Positions 30,101 to 39,753 of a stretch of DNA of 64,000 nucleotides are shown here, one piece after another (position 1 is the stretch's first letter; every line of letters starts with the position of its first letter). The notes beneath the pieces are model-generated. The model ran no database searches and was not told the origin of the DNA. It worked only from the letters and a program-made list of their open reading frames with translations. This DNA is from an uncultured Methanosarcinales archaeon. GTDB lineage: Archaea > Nanobdellota > Nanobdellia > Woesearchaeales > CAZOXR01. A program made the translations under genes and the position numbers. Location: assembly GCA_964566535.1 (NCBI GenBank), contig CAZMIO010000002.1, positions 136,905-200,904 of the forward strand, in the 5' to 3' direction.

Positions 30101-33100
30101 GAGATGTTAATAGGCCCCCAGTAGCAGATGATTTAACTACAACTGTTGATGAAGATCTTTCAGTGGATATTGATTTATCATGTACTGATCCTGATGGAGA
30201 TTCAGTAACTTACACGGTATCTAACCCACCTCAAGGTAGTTTAACAGAAGTAGACAGCGATACTGTCAGCTACACACCAACCGCTGACTATCACGGTTCA
30301 GACACTTTCGAATACAAATGTTCTGATGGAGAGCTAGATAGTGAACGTGTTGATGTAGATATAACAATCAACTCAATTAATGATGATCCGGAAATTGATG
30401 CCCTAACAGCAACTGTTGATGAAGATCTTTCAGTGGATATTGATTTATCTTGTACTGATGCTGATACCGAAGATACATTAACTTACACGGTATTCAACCC
30501 ATCTGAAGGAAGTTGGGTAGCAGTAGACAGCGATACTGTTACATACACACCCGATGCCGATTACCAAGGAACTGACACTTTCAATTACCAATGTAATGAT
30601 GGAACTGTAGATACTGAACAAGCAACAGTTTCAATAACAATAAACTCAGTTAACGATGCCCCAATATTAGATGCGATAGGAAACAAAAGAATTGAAGAAG
30701 GAGAATTATTAGAATTCGCATTAAGTTATTCAGATGTTGACAGCACAGGCCTTACCTGTTCAGCTGAAAACTTACCAACTGGATCCAGCTTCGACGAATC
30801 TGCATGTACATTCTCATGGCAAACAAATTTCGGAGACGAAGGTACTTACAGAGATGTAACATTCACAGTTTCTGACGGAGCTTTATCAGCAAGTGAAGCA
30901 ATTACAGTAAGAATCGGAGACGTCAACAGACAACCAATAGCAAACGGTTTAACTCCTTCTGTTGATGAAGATCGTTCAGTTGATATTGACTTATCATGTT
31001 CAGATCCTGATGGAGATTCAGTAACTTATACCTATTTCCGAGATTCACTTATACATGGAACCCTAACAGAAGTAGACATCAACACACTGACATACACGCC
31101 AACTTCAGATTATCATGGTTCAGACTCTTTCGAATACAAATGTAATGATGAGGAGCTAGATAGTGAACGTGTTGATGTAGATATAACAATCAACTCAGTT
31201 AATGATGCGCCAACTCTAGCTAAGATTGGAAATCAACATGCAGAAGAAGGAGAATCAATTGAATTTACCTTGGATTATAATGACATTGACAGTACAGGCA
31301 TTACTTGTTCAGCTGAAAACATACCAGCTGAATCTAGCTTCGATGAATCAGAATGTGCCTTCTCATGGCAAACTAACTTCGGAGATGAAGGAACTTATGA
31401 AGATGTAATATTTGCAGTTTCTGATGGAGCTTTATCAGCAAGTGATTCAATTACAATAACAGTAGGAGATGTTAACAGAGCTCCAACAGCTGATGACTTA
31501 ACAACAACTACAGATGAAGATACCTCAGTCGATATTGATTTATCCTGTACAGATCCAGATGGAGATTCAGTAACTTACACAGTATTTGATCCATCTGAAG
31601 GAAGTTGGGGAGAAGTAGATAGCGATACTGTTACATACACACCTAATGGTGATCATTTCGGAACTGATAAATTTGAGTACAAGTGTAATGATGGAACAAC
31701 AGACAGCCCAAATGCTGATGTTGACATAACCATAAACTCAATTAATGATGCTCCAGTATTAGATGAAATAGGAAACAAGAGAGTTGATGAAGGAGAATTA
31801 CTAGAATTCACATTGAGCTATACAGATGCTGAAGGTGATGATATCACTTGTTCAGCTGAAAACTTACCAACTGGATCTAACTTTGATGAACCAACATGTA
31901 CATTCACATGGCAGACAGTGTTCGAAGACTTTGGAACTTACGAAGATGTAACATTCACAATAACTGATGATGGCAACCCAAGAGAATCAGACAGCGAAGC
32001 TATTATTATAACAGTAGGAGACATCAATCAACAACCAACAGCTGATGACTTAATTCCTTCTGTTGATGAAGATAATTCAGTTGATATTGATTTATCATGT
32101 ACAGACCCTGATGGAGATTCAGTAACTTATACATATTTTTCAGATTCAATTCTACATGGAACTTTAACAGAAGTAGACACCAACACAGTAAGATACACTC
32201 CCACCGGTGGTTATCACGGTTCGGACTCATTCACATACAAATGTAATGATGGGGAACTAGACAGTGATCGTGCTAGTGTGGACATAACAATCAACTCAGT
32301 AAATGACGCACCTGTTTTATCTGCAATAGGTCCTAAATCAACAAGTGAAAATACTTTACTCACATTCACAATATCAGCAACTGATTCAGATAGCAGCACA
32401 TTAACATACTCTGCTTCAAACCTACCATCAGGAGCATCATTTGATTCTTCAGCAAGAACATTCTCATGGAGACCAGGATTTAGCGATTCCAGAACTTATA
32501 CTAAAGTAAAATTTACAGTTACAGATAACGGAAATCCCACAAAATCGGACAGTGAAGAGATTACAATTACAGTTAATAATGTAAATAGAAGACCAACAGC
32601 AGATGACTTAACTACGTCAACAAGTGAAGACAGTTCAAAAGAAATTACATTATCTTGTTCAGATGCCGATGGAAACTCATTAAGCTACATAAGAGTCTCA
32701 GGTGTAAGTCATGGTTCACTTAGTACTATCAATGGGAATAAGGTAACTTACTCGCCTAGTTCAAACTACCATGGTTCGGACTCATTCACATACAAATGTA
32801 ATGATGGAACTGTAGATTCAAATACTGCAACTGTAATCATTACAGTCAATAGCAGAAATGATGCTCCTTCAGCAAGAAATATACAAGAATCAACCAACGA
32901 AGACATTTCAAAAGAGATTACATTAAGCTGTTCAGATGCTGACAGTAACTCATTAGATTATATCAGAGTTTCAGATGTAAGTCATGGTTCACTTAGTACT
33001 ATCAATGGGAATAAGGTAACTTACTCGCCTAGTTCAAACTACCATGGTTCGGACTCATTCACATACAAATGTAATGATGGAACTGTAGATTCAAATACTG

Positions 33101-34884
33101 CAACTGTAAGCATTACAGTCAATAGCAGAAATGATGCTCCTTCAGCAAGAAATATTCAGAAAAGTACTAATGAAGACACTTCAGTTAACGTAGATTTATC
33201 ATGTTCAGACCCAGATGGAGATTCAGTAAGATTTAACGTAAGAAACCCATCAGATGGTTCAGTATCAGAAGTAAACGCAAATACAGTAAGATATACACCA
33301 AACACGGACTACCATGGCACAGACTCATTCACTTACACCTGCTCAGATGGAAGTTTAAGTGACGATGCAAAAGTAGACATAACAATAACTCCAGTTAACG
33401 ACGCCCCTAATGTTAAAAACATCCCAGATCAAACAATTAATGAAGGTGAAACTTTTGATAATATTCCATTAAATGATTTTATAGAAGAATATGATGGAAG
33501 TGACATAATCTGGTCCTATGATGGAAACTCAGAACTTACAGTTGAGATTAACTCAAACAATGTTGTAACAATCTCAACTCCACATAATAACTGGAATGGC
33601 GCAGAAACAATAACATTTACTGCAACTGATGATAACGAAGCTGCTTTATCAGATTCAGACTCAGCAACATTTACAGTTACAAGTGTAAATGATGTTCCAA
33701 CAGCTGAAGATATTGATAAAGAAACAGAAGAAGACACTCCAATTGACATAACATTAAGCTGTTCAGATGACGATACTGATGACACATTAACTTATACAGT
33801 ATTTGAACCGTCCCATGGAACATTAACAGATATCGAGGGGATAGACAAAGTAAGATATACTCCCCACCTTAACTTCAACAGTGATGAAGAAGACTCGTTC
33901 CAATACAAATGTAAAGACAGTTCTGATGAAGAAAGCAACACTGCAACAGTATCTATATTAGTAACCCCAGTAAACGACGCCCCAATATGGAAACCCCTTC
34001 CAGCTGCAGACTTAGATGAAGATTTTAAAACCTTTACACATATCAAAGACCTGAGTGAATATACCACTAATCCAGATAAAGACGAAACATTAACATTCTC
34101 AATAACCAAAGAAGACAGAAGAAAAGTAGACTGCAGAATAGATGATAATAAACTAATCCTAAGATCAATAAAGAATTGGCATGGAACAACAACATGTACT
34201 ATCAAAGCTGATGATAACGAAGGAAAAGAAAGCGAAACCACATTAACTATCAATGTAGGAGAAGTCAACGACGGACCAACCCTAAACCCAATCGGTCCAA
34301 AATCAATAAAAGAAGACCAAACACTTACATTTAGAGTATCAGCAACAGACCCAGATGGAGACAAACTAACCTTCACCACATCTAAACTCCCAAAAGGAGC
34401 TAGTTTCAACCCAGCAACAAAAACATTCACCTGGAGGCCAACATTCCAGCAATCTGGAACTTACTCAGTCACATTCACAGTTTCAGATGGACTATTATCA
34501 GATTCAGAAACAGTTCAGATAAAAGTGGGAAACATATTCAGACAAAGCAAACTATCCATTGAATCAGTAAGGGTTCCAAGCAACCCAAGTTCTTTCGTAG
34601 GCTCTGGATTCATGCCAGTGGAACTGTCAATGTCAAATACTGGAAGTATCTCAGTTAAGAACACAATGATTTCAGTTGGACTATTCGACCAAGAATTCGA
34701 CTTAGAATCACAACCAACAAGAGTATCATTAAGGGTTCCAAAAGGAAAATCAACCAAAAAAACAGTTTACATAGAACTCCCAGATGACATTGAGTTCGGA
34801 AAAGAATACTTCATCAACATAGTCTCAAGAGATTCATATACTAAAGACTCAATCACAGTACCTATCTTCTTTGAACAGATTTAA
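27160..34884 (+). CDS. Giant adhesin-like protein with tandem ~91-97 aa Ig/cadherin-like (tandem-95/Big_9, He_PIG-like) repeats
   Basis: Signal peptide and more than 20 repeats of N.AP.A...T.ED....LSC.D.DGD...YTP...G.DSF.Y.CNDG, interspersed with NLP.G.SFD..FTW type repeats. Confidence 0.92.
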   Translation: MKVNKLLTILLITILILPTISAVVTIVTRTDGLTTPIDYGDLIQFKISGSTAFKPMYITGTVLDENGDIIKEYSETTHNFNSAFRLITVIPSQYGPSGTKTFVGTIRDERGFSKTDTLEFVVNEAAPVLDLNIPDQTLEEDTTITFNLLDYFSDPDRDDLTFSIGSINDMTVSIVNDKNSPVYGQVTIQPDSNWNGQKTNTFMASDGTLSTQSNLVTITVTPVNDQPQGFTVVEDTDEDTPITITLDTLEVDEEDTLTCSIISIWGATETENCVCDDENICTVELTPNQDSTDNVIAFYQLNDGHVDSNFDRIYVTINAINDAPVANDISETTDEDTSKEFHLDCSDVDQNSLTYHIVTDPTSGSIIKSGKKVTYTPNQDYNGDDSFTYKCNDGTVDSNEPTVTINIIPANDPPTTTDDELIVDEDSTSNIIRVLLNDDDIDIVDGDEIHIEDFTQPEDGTVTRYMDNLYYTPDGDFNDEDSFTYTIDDLAGETATATVTVTVNAKNDPPVPDALDEEVDEDDSVDITLSCTDIIDGDTEFSYSIKNNPDKGTLSTISGSSVTYTPDPNWNGLDTFTYECNDGTVDSSNAATVSITINAINDAPVAADVDGTTTDEDVPVDITLSCTDLIDGATEFTYSIANQPAKGTLSLENNLVTYIPNYNENGADLFTYRCNDGIDSENAASVPITINPINDGPTANDDTATTDEDIPVKIEVLANDEDPDIINGDVLTITSVTIPRSIEDYYSHGSTVLSEDSKSITFTPGEDIDDDMYFDYAITDGSGETSTARVIVTVNAINDAPHARDFEEDVIEDTPRTFAITCGDTDSSFTKTILDETTHGTAIKNQDNGFYTYTPNENYFGTDFLTFQCSDDEFNSEVKTGTFTIQSVNDAPILTEIGNQHAEEGDLIEFTLDYDDVDTEDTLTCSAENLPTGSSFDESACTFTWQTGFGDEGTYEDVTFTITDNGDPISSDNEAITITVGDVNRPPVADDLTTTVDEDLSVDIDLSCTDPDGDSVTYTVSNPPQGSLTEVDSDTVSYTPTADYHGSDTFEYKCSDGELDSERVDVDITINSINDDPEIDALTATVDEDLSVDIDLSCTDADTEDTLTYTVFNPSEGSWVAVDSDTVTYTPDADYQGTDTFNYQCNDGTVDTEQATVSITINSVNDAPILDAIGNKRIEEGELLEFALSYSDVDSTGLTCSAENLPTGSSFDESACTFSWQTNFGDEGTYRDVTFTVSDGALSASEAITVRIGDVNRQPIANGLTPSVDEDRSVDIDLSCSDPDGDSVTYTYFRDSLIHGTLTEVDINTLTYTPTSDYHGSDSFEYKCNDEELDSERVDVDITINSVNDAPTLAKIGNQHAEEGESIEFTLDYNDIDSTGITCSAENIPAESSFDESECAFSWQTNFGDEGTYEDVIFAVSDGALSASDSITITVGDVNRAPTADDLTTTTDEDTSVDIDLSCTDPDGDSVTYTVFDPSEGSWGEVDSDTVTYTPNGDHFGTDKFEYKCNDGTTDSPNADVDITINSINDAPVLDEIGNKRVDEGELLEFTLSYTDAEGDDITCSAENLPTGSNFDEPTCTFTWQTVFEDFGTYEDVTFTITDDGNPRESDSEAIIITVGDINQQPTADDLIPSVDEDNSVDIDLSCTDPDGDSVTYTYFSDSILHGTLTEVDTNTVRYTPTGGYHGSDSFTYKCNDGELDSDRASVDITINSVNDAPVLSAIGPKSTSENTLLTFTISATDSDSSTLTYSASNLPSGASFDSSARTFSWRPGFSDSRTYTKVKFTVTDNGNPTKSDSEEITITVNNVNRRPTADDLTTSTSEDSSKEITLSCSDADGNSLSYIRVSGVSHGSLSTINGNKVTYSPSSNYHGSDSFTYKCNDGTVDSNTATVIITVNSRNDAPSARNIQESTNEDISKEITLSCSDADSNSLDYIRVSDVSHGSLSTINGNKVTYSPSSNYHGSDSFTYKCNDGTVDSNTATVSITVNSRNDAPSARNIQKSTNEDTSVNVDLSCSDPDGDSVRFNVRNPSDGSVSEVNANTVRYTPNTDYHGTDSFTYTCSDGSLSDDAKVDITITPVNDAPNVKNIPDQTINEGETFDNIPLNDFIEEYDGSDIIWSYDGNSELTVEINSNNVVTISTPHNNWNGAETITFTATDDNEAALSDSDSATFTVTSVNDVPTAEDIDKETEEDTPIDITLSCSDDDTDDTLTYTVFEPSHGTLTDIEGIDKVRYTPHLNFNSDEEDSFQYKCKDSSDEESNTATVSILVTPVNDAPIWKPLPAADLDEDFKTFTHIKDLSEYTTNPDKDETLTFSITKEDRRKVDCRIDDNKLILRSIKNWHGTTTCTIKADDNEGKESETTLTINVGEVNDGPTLNPIGPKSIKEDQTLTFRVSATDPDGDKLTFTTSKLPKGASFNPATKTFTWRPTFQQSGTYSVTFTVSDGLLSDSETVQIKVGNIFRQSKLSIESVRVPSNPSSFVGSGFMPVELSMSNTGSISVKNTMISVGLFDQEFDLESQPTRVSLRVPKGKSTKKTVYIELPDDIEFGKEYFINIVSRDSYTKDSITVPIFFEQI
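32703..33155 (+). repeat. Near-identical intragenic direct repeat (about 180 bp, period 273 bp)
   Basis: 32703-32882 versus 32976-33155; only one mismatch found by eye (atc/agc). Confidence 0.85.
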
Positions 34885-34974
34885 AAACTACTAAGACCAC
34901 TATTCTTAGAAATAGAGTTATTCCAACATATAAACTTTTAAATCAAAACCAATTTCCCCAATCTTGAAAAAAAG

Positions 34975-37194
34975 ATGGTACAAATAAAAGACTTCGAACC
35001 TAGACTTTACCAGGAAACTATCTTCTCAACCTGTACTAAAAAGAATTCATTAGTTATCCTCCCAACAGGAATGGGTAAAAGCTTTCTATTCGTAATGTTA
35101 GCAGCACATAGACTTAACCATTACCCTAACTCAAAAATATTAATCCTAGCTCCAACAAAACCATTAGCTGACCAGCACATAACCGTCCTAAAAAAACACC
35201 TAGACATAGACCCCAAACAAATTGTTCTTTTCACAGGTCTCATAAAGCCAGAAAAAAGAGCAGAGCTATGGAAAGACGCAAAGATAATTATCAGCACACC
35301 TCAAGGATTAGAAAACGACATCCTAACAAAAAGAATTAACTTAGAAGAAGCATCATTACTAGCATTCGATGAAGCACACCATGCAGTAGGAGATTATTCT
35401 TACGTTTTTGTTGCATCACAATACCAAAAAAAAGCAAAGTATCCAAGAATCCTAGCACTAACAGCATCACCAGGCTCAGACATGGATAAAATAAAAGAAG
35501 TTTGTAAGAACCTTTATGTTGAAGAAGTTGAAGTAAGGACAGATGAGGACCCTGATGTAAAACCATACGTCCAAGAAGTAAAAACGGAGTGGCTAAAAGT
35601 TACTCTTCCCCCACCGTTCCATGAAGTCCAAAAACATATCAAAAACTTCCTTAAAGACCGCTTAGAAAGATTAAGAAATTGGGGAGTCCTCCAAAAAAAT
35701 GACTTAGAATTTGTAAGTAAAAGAGACCTCTTAGCATTACAAGCACAACTAAGAGGAAGAGCAGCATCTGGTGAACGCGATTCCACAGTGTGGACATCAA
35801 TCTCAGTTCTAGCAGAAATAATGAAAATGCAGCATGCATTAGAACTATTAGAAACACAAGGCATTGCCCCACTATACAAATACTTAAAGAAAATGCAGGC
35901 AGAATCAATAACAACAAAAGTAAAAGCAGTAAAGAACATTGTAAGAGACTTAAACTATCGAACTGCATTGATACAAACTGAGAAACTGCACAATGAAGGA
36001 ATAGAACATCCAAAATTAGTTGAACTCCAAAAGATAGTTGAAAAAGAAATCAAAGCAGACCCTAACTTTAAAACATTAATCTTCAACCAATACCGAGATA
36101 ACGCATTAGATGTTGAAGAAAAAATAAATAAAATACCAGGAATAAGAGCAAAAATATTCGTTGGCCAGGTAAAAAAAGGAGATACAGGCTACAGCCAAAA
36201 ACAACAAAAAGAAATTCTAGACAAATTCAGAACAGGAGAATATAATGTTCTAGTCTCAACATCAATAGGAGAAGAAGGCCTAGACATTGTAGCAGTTCCC
36301 CTAGTCATGTTCTACGAACCAATACCTTCAGCAATTAGAACCATCCAAAGAAGGGGCCGTACAGGAAGACAAGAAAAAGGCCGCGTTATCATTTTAATGG
36401 CAAGTAACACAAGAGATGAAGGCTACAGATGGTCAGCCCACCACAAAGAAAAACGGATGTATAGAAATCTCTACGAACTAAAAAACAATATAAAACTAGT
36501 ACTCCAAAAAGTTGAAAAAAAACTAGACGATTACTTAACACCTGAAAAAAAGCATAAGATCTTTGCAGACCATAGAGAGAAAGGCTCAAAATTAATAAAA
36601 GAATTAGTTGACAAAGGCCATGATTTAATTTTAGAACAACTTGAACATGCAGACTTCCTACTAAGCTCAAGAGTAGGAGTAGAATTCAAGACAGTTGAAG
36701 ACTTCATCAACTCAATAATAGATGGCAGACTTTTATTACAAGTAAAAAACCTAAAAGCAAACTTTGAAAGACCATTAATCATGATTCAAGGACAAGACGA
36801 CATCTACTCAGTAAGAAACATCCACCCAAATGCAATAAGGGGTATGCTCTCAACAATAACAATCTCTTATGGAATCCCAATCATCCAAACAAAAGACTTC
36901 AGAGAATCTGCCGCCCTAATGGGAATAATCGCAAAAAGAGAACAAGAAGAAACATCATCTGACTTCACACCACATTCCGAAAAGAGAGCATTCTCAATAA
37001 AAGAGCAGCAAGAATACATAATCTCTTCATTCCCAGGAGTAGGCATGACATTAGCAAAACCACTCTTAAAAAAGTTCAAATCAATAAAAAAGATAGTAAA
37101 TGCAAAACAAGAACAACTAGAAAAGATAGCAAAGATTGGTCCTAAAAAAGCAGAATCGATTAGAAAAGTTTTGGATAGTGAATACGACTCTTAA
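34975..37194 (+). CDS. hef: Hef/FANCM-like SF2 helicase fused to ERCC4 nuclease and HhH
   Basis: PTGMGKS, DEAHH, TASPG, QRRGRTGR; ERCC4 ADHRE...ADF...EFKT..DF; C-terminal HhH motifs. Confidence 0.95.
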   Translation: MVQIKDFEPRLYQETIFSTCTKKNSLVILPTGMGKSFLFVMLAAHRLNHYPNSKILILAPTKPLADQHITVLKKHLDIDPKQIVLFTGLIKPEKRAELWKDAKIIISTPQGLENDILTKRINLEEASLLAFDEAHHAVGDYSYVFVASQYQKKAKYPRILALTASPGSDMDKIKEVCKNLYVEEVEVRTDEDPDVKPYVQEVKTEWLKVTLPPPFHEVQKHIKNFLKDRLERLRNWGVLQKNDLEFVSKRDLLALQAQLRGRAASGERDSTVWTSISVLAEIMKMQHALELLETQGIAPLYKYLKKMQAESITTKVKAVKNIVRDLNYRTALIQTEKLHNEGIEHPKLVELQKIVEKEIKADPNFKTLIFNQYRDNALDVEEKINKIPGIRAKIFVGQVKKGDTGYSQKQQKEILDKFRTGEYNVLVSTSIGEEGLDIVAVPLVMFYEPIPSAIRTIQRRGRTGRQEKGRVIILMASNTRDEGYRWSAHHKEKRMYRNLYELKNNIKLVLQKVEKKLDDYLTPEKKHKIFADHREKGSKLIKELVDKGHDLILEQLEHADFLLSSRVGVEFKTVEDFINSIIDGRLLLQVKNLKANFERPLIMIQGQDDIYSVRNIHPNAIRGMLSTITISYGIPIIQTKDFRESAALMGIIAKREQEETSSDFTPHSEKRAFSIKEQQEYIISSFPGVGMTLAKPLLKKFKSIKKIVNAKQEQLEKIAKIGPKKAESIRKVLDSEYDS

Positions 37195-38051
37195 ACCTGC
37201 ATACTTCTCAATCTCTCAACACGAGTCTTAATTGGAGGGTGTGTCATAAATAAACTTACAAAGCCCCCTCTTCTAAATGGATTCACAATAAACAAATGAG
37301 CAGTGGTCTGTGTTGTACTAGTAACCTTAAACGGATGATGAACAATAGCAGTATCTAACTTCTCAAGAGCACTTGCCAAACCTTGTCCATTATGTAAAAT
37401 CTTAGCAGCAGACTCGTCAGCCAAAAACTCCCTACTTCTAGAAATAGCCAACTGAATCATTGTAGCCAATATAGGAGTTAGTATAGCTAACACCAATAGC
37501 TCAGCTCCAGAACCACCATCCCTGTCCCTACCACCAAAACCACCAAACATAGCAGCCCATCTAGCCATAAAAGCAACATATGAAATAACTCCAGCAATAG
37601 TTGCAGCAATAGATTGAATTAAAGTATCCCTATTCTTAATATGACTCATCTCATGAGCAATAACTCCCTTAAGCTCATCCTCACTAAGTAAATCTAATAT
37701 CCCTTGTGTACATGCAACAGCTGCATGCTCAGGATCTCGTCCCGTAGCAAAAGCATTCGTATTATCACTAGGCATAATATAAACCTTAGGCATAGGAATA
37801 TTAGCCAAATGAGCAACATCTCTAACAACCTTAAACAACTTAGGAGCATCACTTTCCTTAATTTCCTTAGCCTTATACATAGCAAGAACTAACTTATCAG
37901 AAAACCAATAAGAACCAAAATTCATAACAACAGAAAACACCAAAGCAATCGTCAGACCCTGCATCCCACCAACCGCATTACCAACCCACAACAATAGCCC
38001 AGTCAATAAACCAAGTAACGCTACAGTCCTTATTTGATTACCAGTCCCCAT
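37191..38051 (-). CDS. htpX: Zinc metalloprotease HtpX (M48); start corrected to MGTGNQ at 38051
   Basis: NAFATGR, AHEMSH (HExxH), SRSREFLAD, THPP. The longer ORF-track start overlaps the next gene. Confidence 0.95.
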   Translation of the reverse strand: MGTGNQIRTVALLGLLTGLLLWVGNAVGGMQGLTIALVFSVVMNFGSYWFSDKLVLAMYKAKEIKESDAPKLFKVVRDVAHLANIPMPKVYIMPSDNTNAFATGRDPEHAAVACTQGILDLLSEDELKGVIAHEMSHIKNRDTLIQSIAATIAGVISYVAFMARWAAMFGGFGGRDRDGGSGAELLVLAILTPILATMIQLAISRSREFLADESAAKILHNGQGLASALEKLDTAIVHHPFKVTSTTQTTAHLFIVNPFRRGGFVSLFMTHPPIKTRVERLRSMQV

Positions 38052-38163
38052 AAGAAAAAAGAACAGAATAAGATATATAAAAGTTTGTATAATAAAAAAA
38101 ATAAACACCACTTCAACTCTAAAATAAAGATTTTTAAATTGATAAATACTACTCAATTGAACT

Positions 38164-39114
38164 ATGAATATCCCAAAATCATTTATACCTGAAATTACAA
38201 GAGACCCAACATTATTTGAATTAGTAGACTGGGGCACAGATATAGAATTAACTTCCCTCCATGACATGTATGTTGTTAAAGGTCATGAACTAGTCCTAAC
38301 TAAAATGAGAGAATATGGTGTACGTATAGCCTCTCTCCCAGAACTAGTACTTGCTAGAATTAATAATTTTGGTGTTGATAAATTTATTCCAGAACATTGG
38401 CGCTATCATTTTCAGAGAGATAGAACGGTTTGGGATCATTGGTTTACTGCAAACTCAGAAATAGATACTGGCTCAGATCATGAAGGAAGATTTACTAGAG
38501 AGGGAGGATTAGTAAATATTATAGTACATGGTGGAGGCATTCTAACACCAGATATATTTGGTGAAATTAGGACGAGTAAATTAACCAAACAAGATCCTGT
38601 TGCAGTAGAAATTGATCAGGAGACCATCACAAAACTTTTGGCAGAAGAGCACCCCGATGGTGGACACATACCAGTGTATGGATACGATGATTTCTGTGAT
38701 GTATCTGCTGATTCACGTTTTTTAGTAGACAACCCTCGATTTGCAGTAGTACTTCCGTTCGAAACATTTGACAGATATCCATCTCAGGATTATCAAGTAA
38801 GTCAAGCATACCACCATCCATTAATGGTTGTATATGCAGGAGGTGTAGAACAAGCTGCCAAATATCTAGATAGATTTAAAGAAAGAGAGGGAGAGGATAC
38901 ATTTGCACTACGTCATCCATTTGCATTCCCAATCCGGCCAATTAAAGGATTCGATAAATCTATCCCTCAAGGAAGGTATCTTTCATTAGGTCAAATATAT
39001 TATCAAGGAATCGATGCAACAATTGGTGTTGACTACTCAGGAAACTTCTTACTAGTGAGGCCCAATCGTACCCTTTTACATCCAGGCCTGGCTGAATTAC
39101 AATTTGTTTCATAA
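38164..39114 (+). CDS. Hypothetical protein, possibly CLec/FGE-like fold
   Basis: 316-aa ORF with its own TATA-like box. Contains IASLPEL, W..WFTANSE, VHGGG and a C-terminal GRYLSLG...GNFLLV. Confidence 0.7.
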   Translation: MNIPKSFIPEITRDPTLFELVDWGTDIELTSLHDMYVVKGHELVLTKMREYGVRIASLPELVLARINNFGVDKFIPEHWRYHFQRDRTVWDHWFTANSEIDTGSDHEGRFTREGGLVNIIVHGGGILTPDIFGEIRTSKLTKQDPVAVEIDQETITKLLAEEHPDGGHIPVYGYDDFCDVSADSRFLVDNPRFAVVLPFETFDRYPSQDYQVSQAYHHPLMVVYAGGVEQAAKYLDRFKEREGEDTFALRHPFAFPIRPIKGFDKSIPQGRYLSLGQIYYQGIDATIGVDYSGNFLLVRPNRTLLHPGLAELQFVS

Positions 39115-39127
39115 AAAATAAAAAAAA

Positions 39128-39706
39128 TTATTCAAAACTAACAGCAGGCGCATTCTCAGCACCAGATGCAGCTTCAAACAAACTTTTCTTATCAAACCCG
39201 AACATTCCAGCAATTAGATTAGCAGGAAAGAACCTAATCTTCTTATTATAATTCTTCACAGCTTCATTATATCTGACTCTCTCAACATTGATCCTATTCT
39301 CAGTACCCTCAAGTTGCGCTTGTAATCCAGCAAAGTTCTCAGTAGCTTTTAACTGTGGATAATTCTCAACAGTAACTAACAACCTAGCAAGTGCAGACTG
39401 AACTTGACCAGCAGCAGCAATCTTAGAATCAATACTTCCAGCATTAAGCCATTTAGTCCTAGCCTCAGTCACTGCCAAATAAGTATCCTTCTCAAAATTA
39501 GCAGCACCCTTAACCGTCTCAACTAAATTAGGAATTAGATCAAACCTTCTCTGATAAGAACTCTCAACATTCGCCCACTGAGCATCAGCAGTCTCATCAA
39601 GACTTACTAAACTATTATATGTCCCAATAAACCATAATATTCCAATAAAAATAACTATAGCAACACTAATCAATACAATTAATCCAACATTTGGTCCTTT
39701 CTTCAT
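39128..39706 (-). CDS. lemA: LemA family protein
   Basis: N-terminal TM, YNSLV, YQRRFDLIPNLVETVKG, ENYPQLKA, EGTENRI, FPANLIAGMFGF. Confidence 0.96.
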   Translation of the reverse strand: MKKGPNVGLIVLISVAIVIFIGILWFIGTYNSLVSLDETADAQWANVESSYQRRFDLIPNLVETVKGAANFEKDTYLAVTEARTKWLNAGSIDSKIAAAGQVQSALARLLVTVENYPQLKATENFAGLQAQLEGTENRINVERVRYNEAVKNYNKKIRFFPANLIAGMFGFDKKSLFEAASGAENAPAVSFE

Positions 39707-39753
39707 AATATCACCTCTTACTATTAACTACTTAAACTATATAAACATTATCA

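Noticed and set aside
37723..37735. GCATGCTCA inside htpX, and other GCATGC sites (about 10917, 52255)
   Set aside because: No flanking TCA...TGA hairpin units. They are explained by coding sequence or chance.
38052..38267. N-terminal extension of HtpX in the ORF track
   Set aside because: Overlaps the divergent gene and promoter region. The family-typical start is at 38051.
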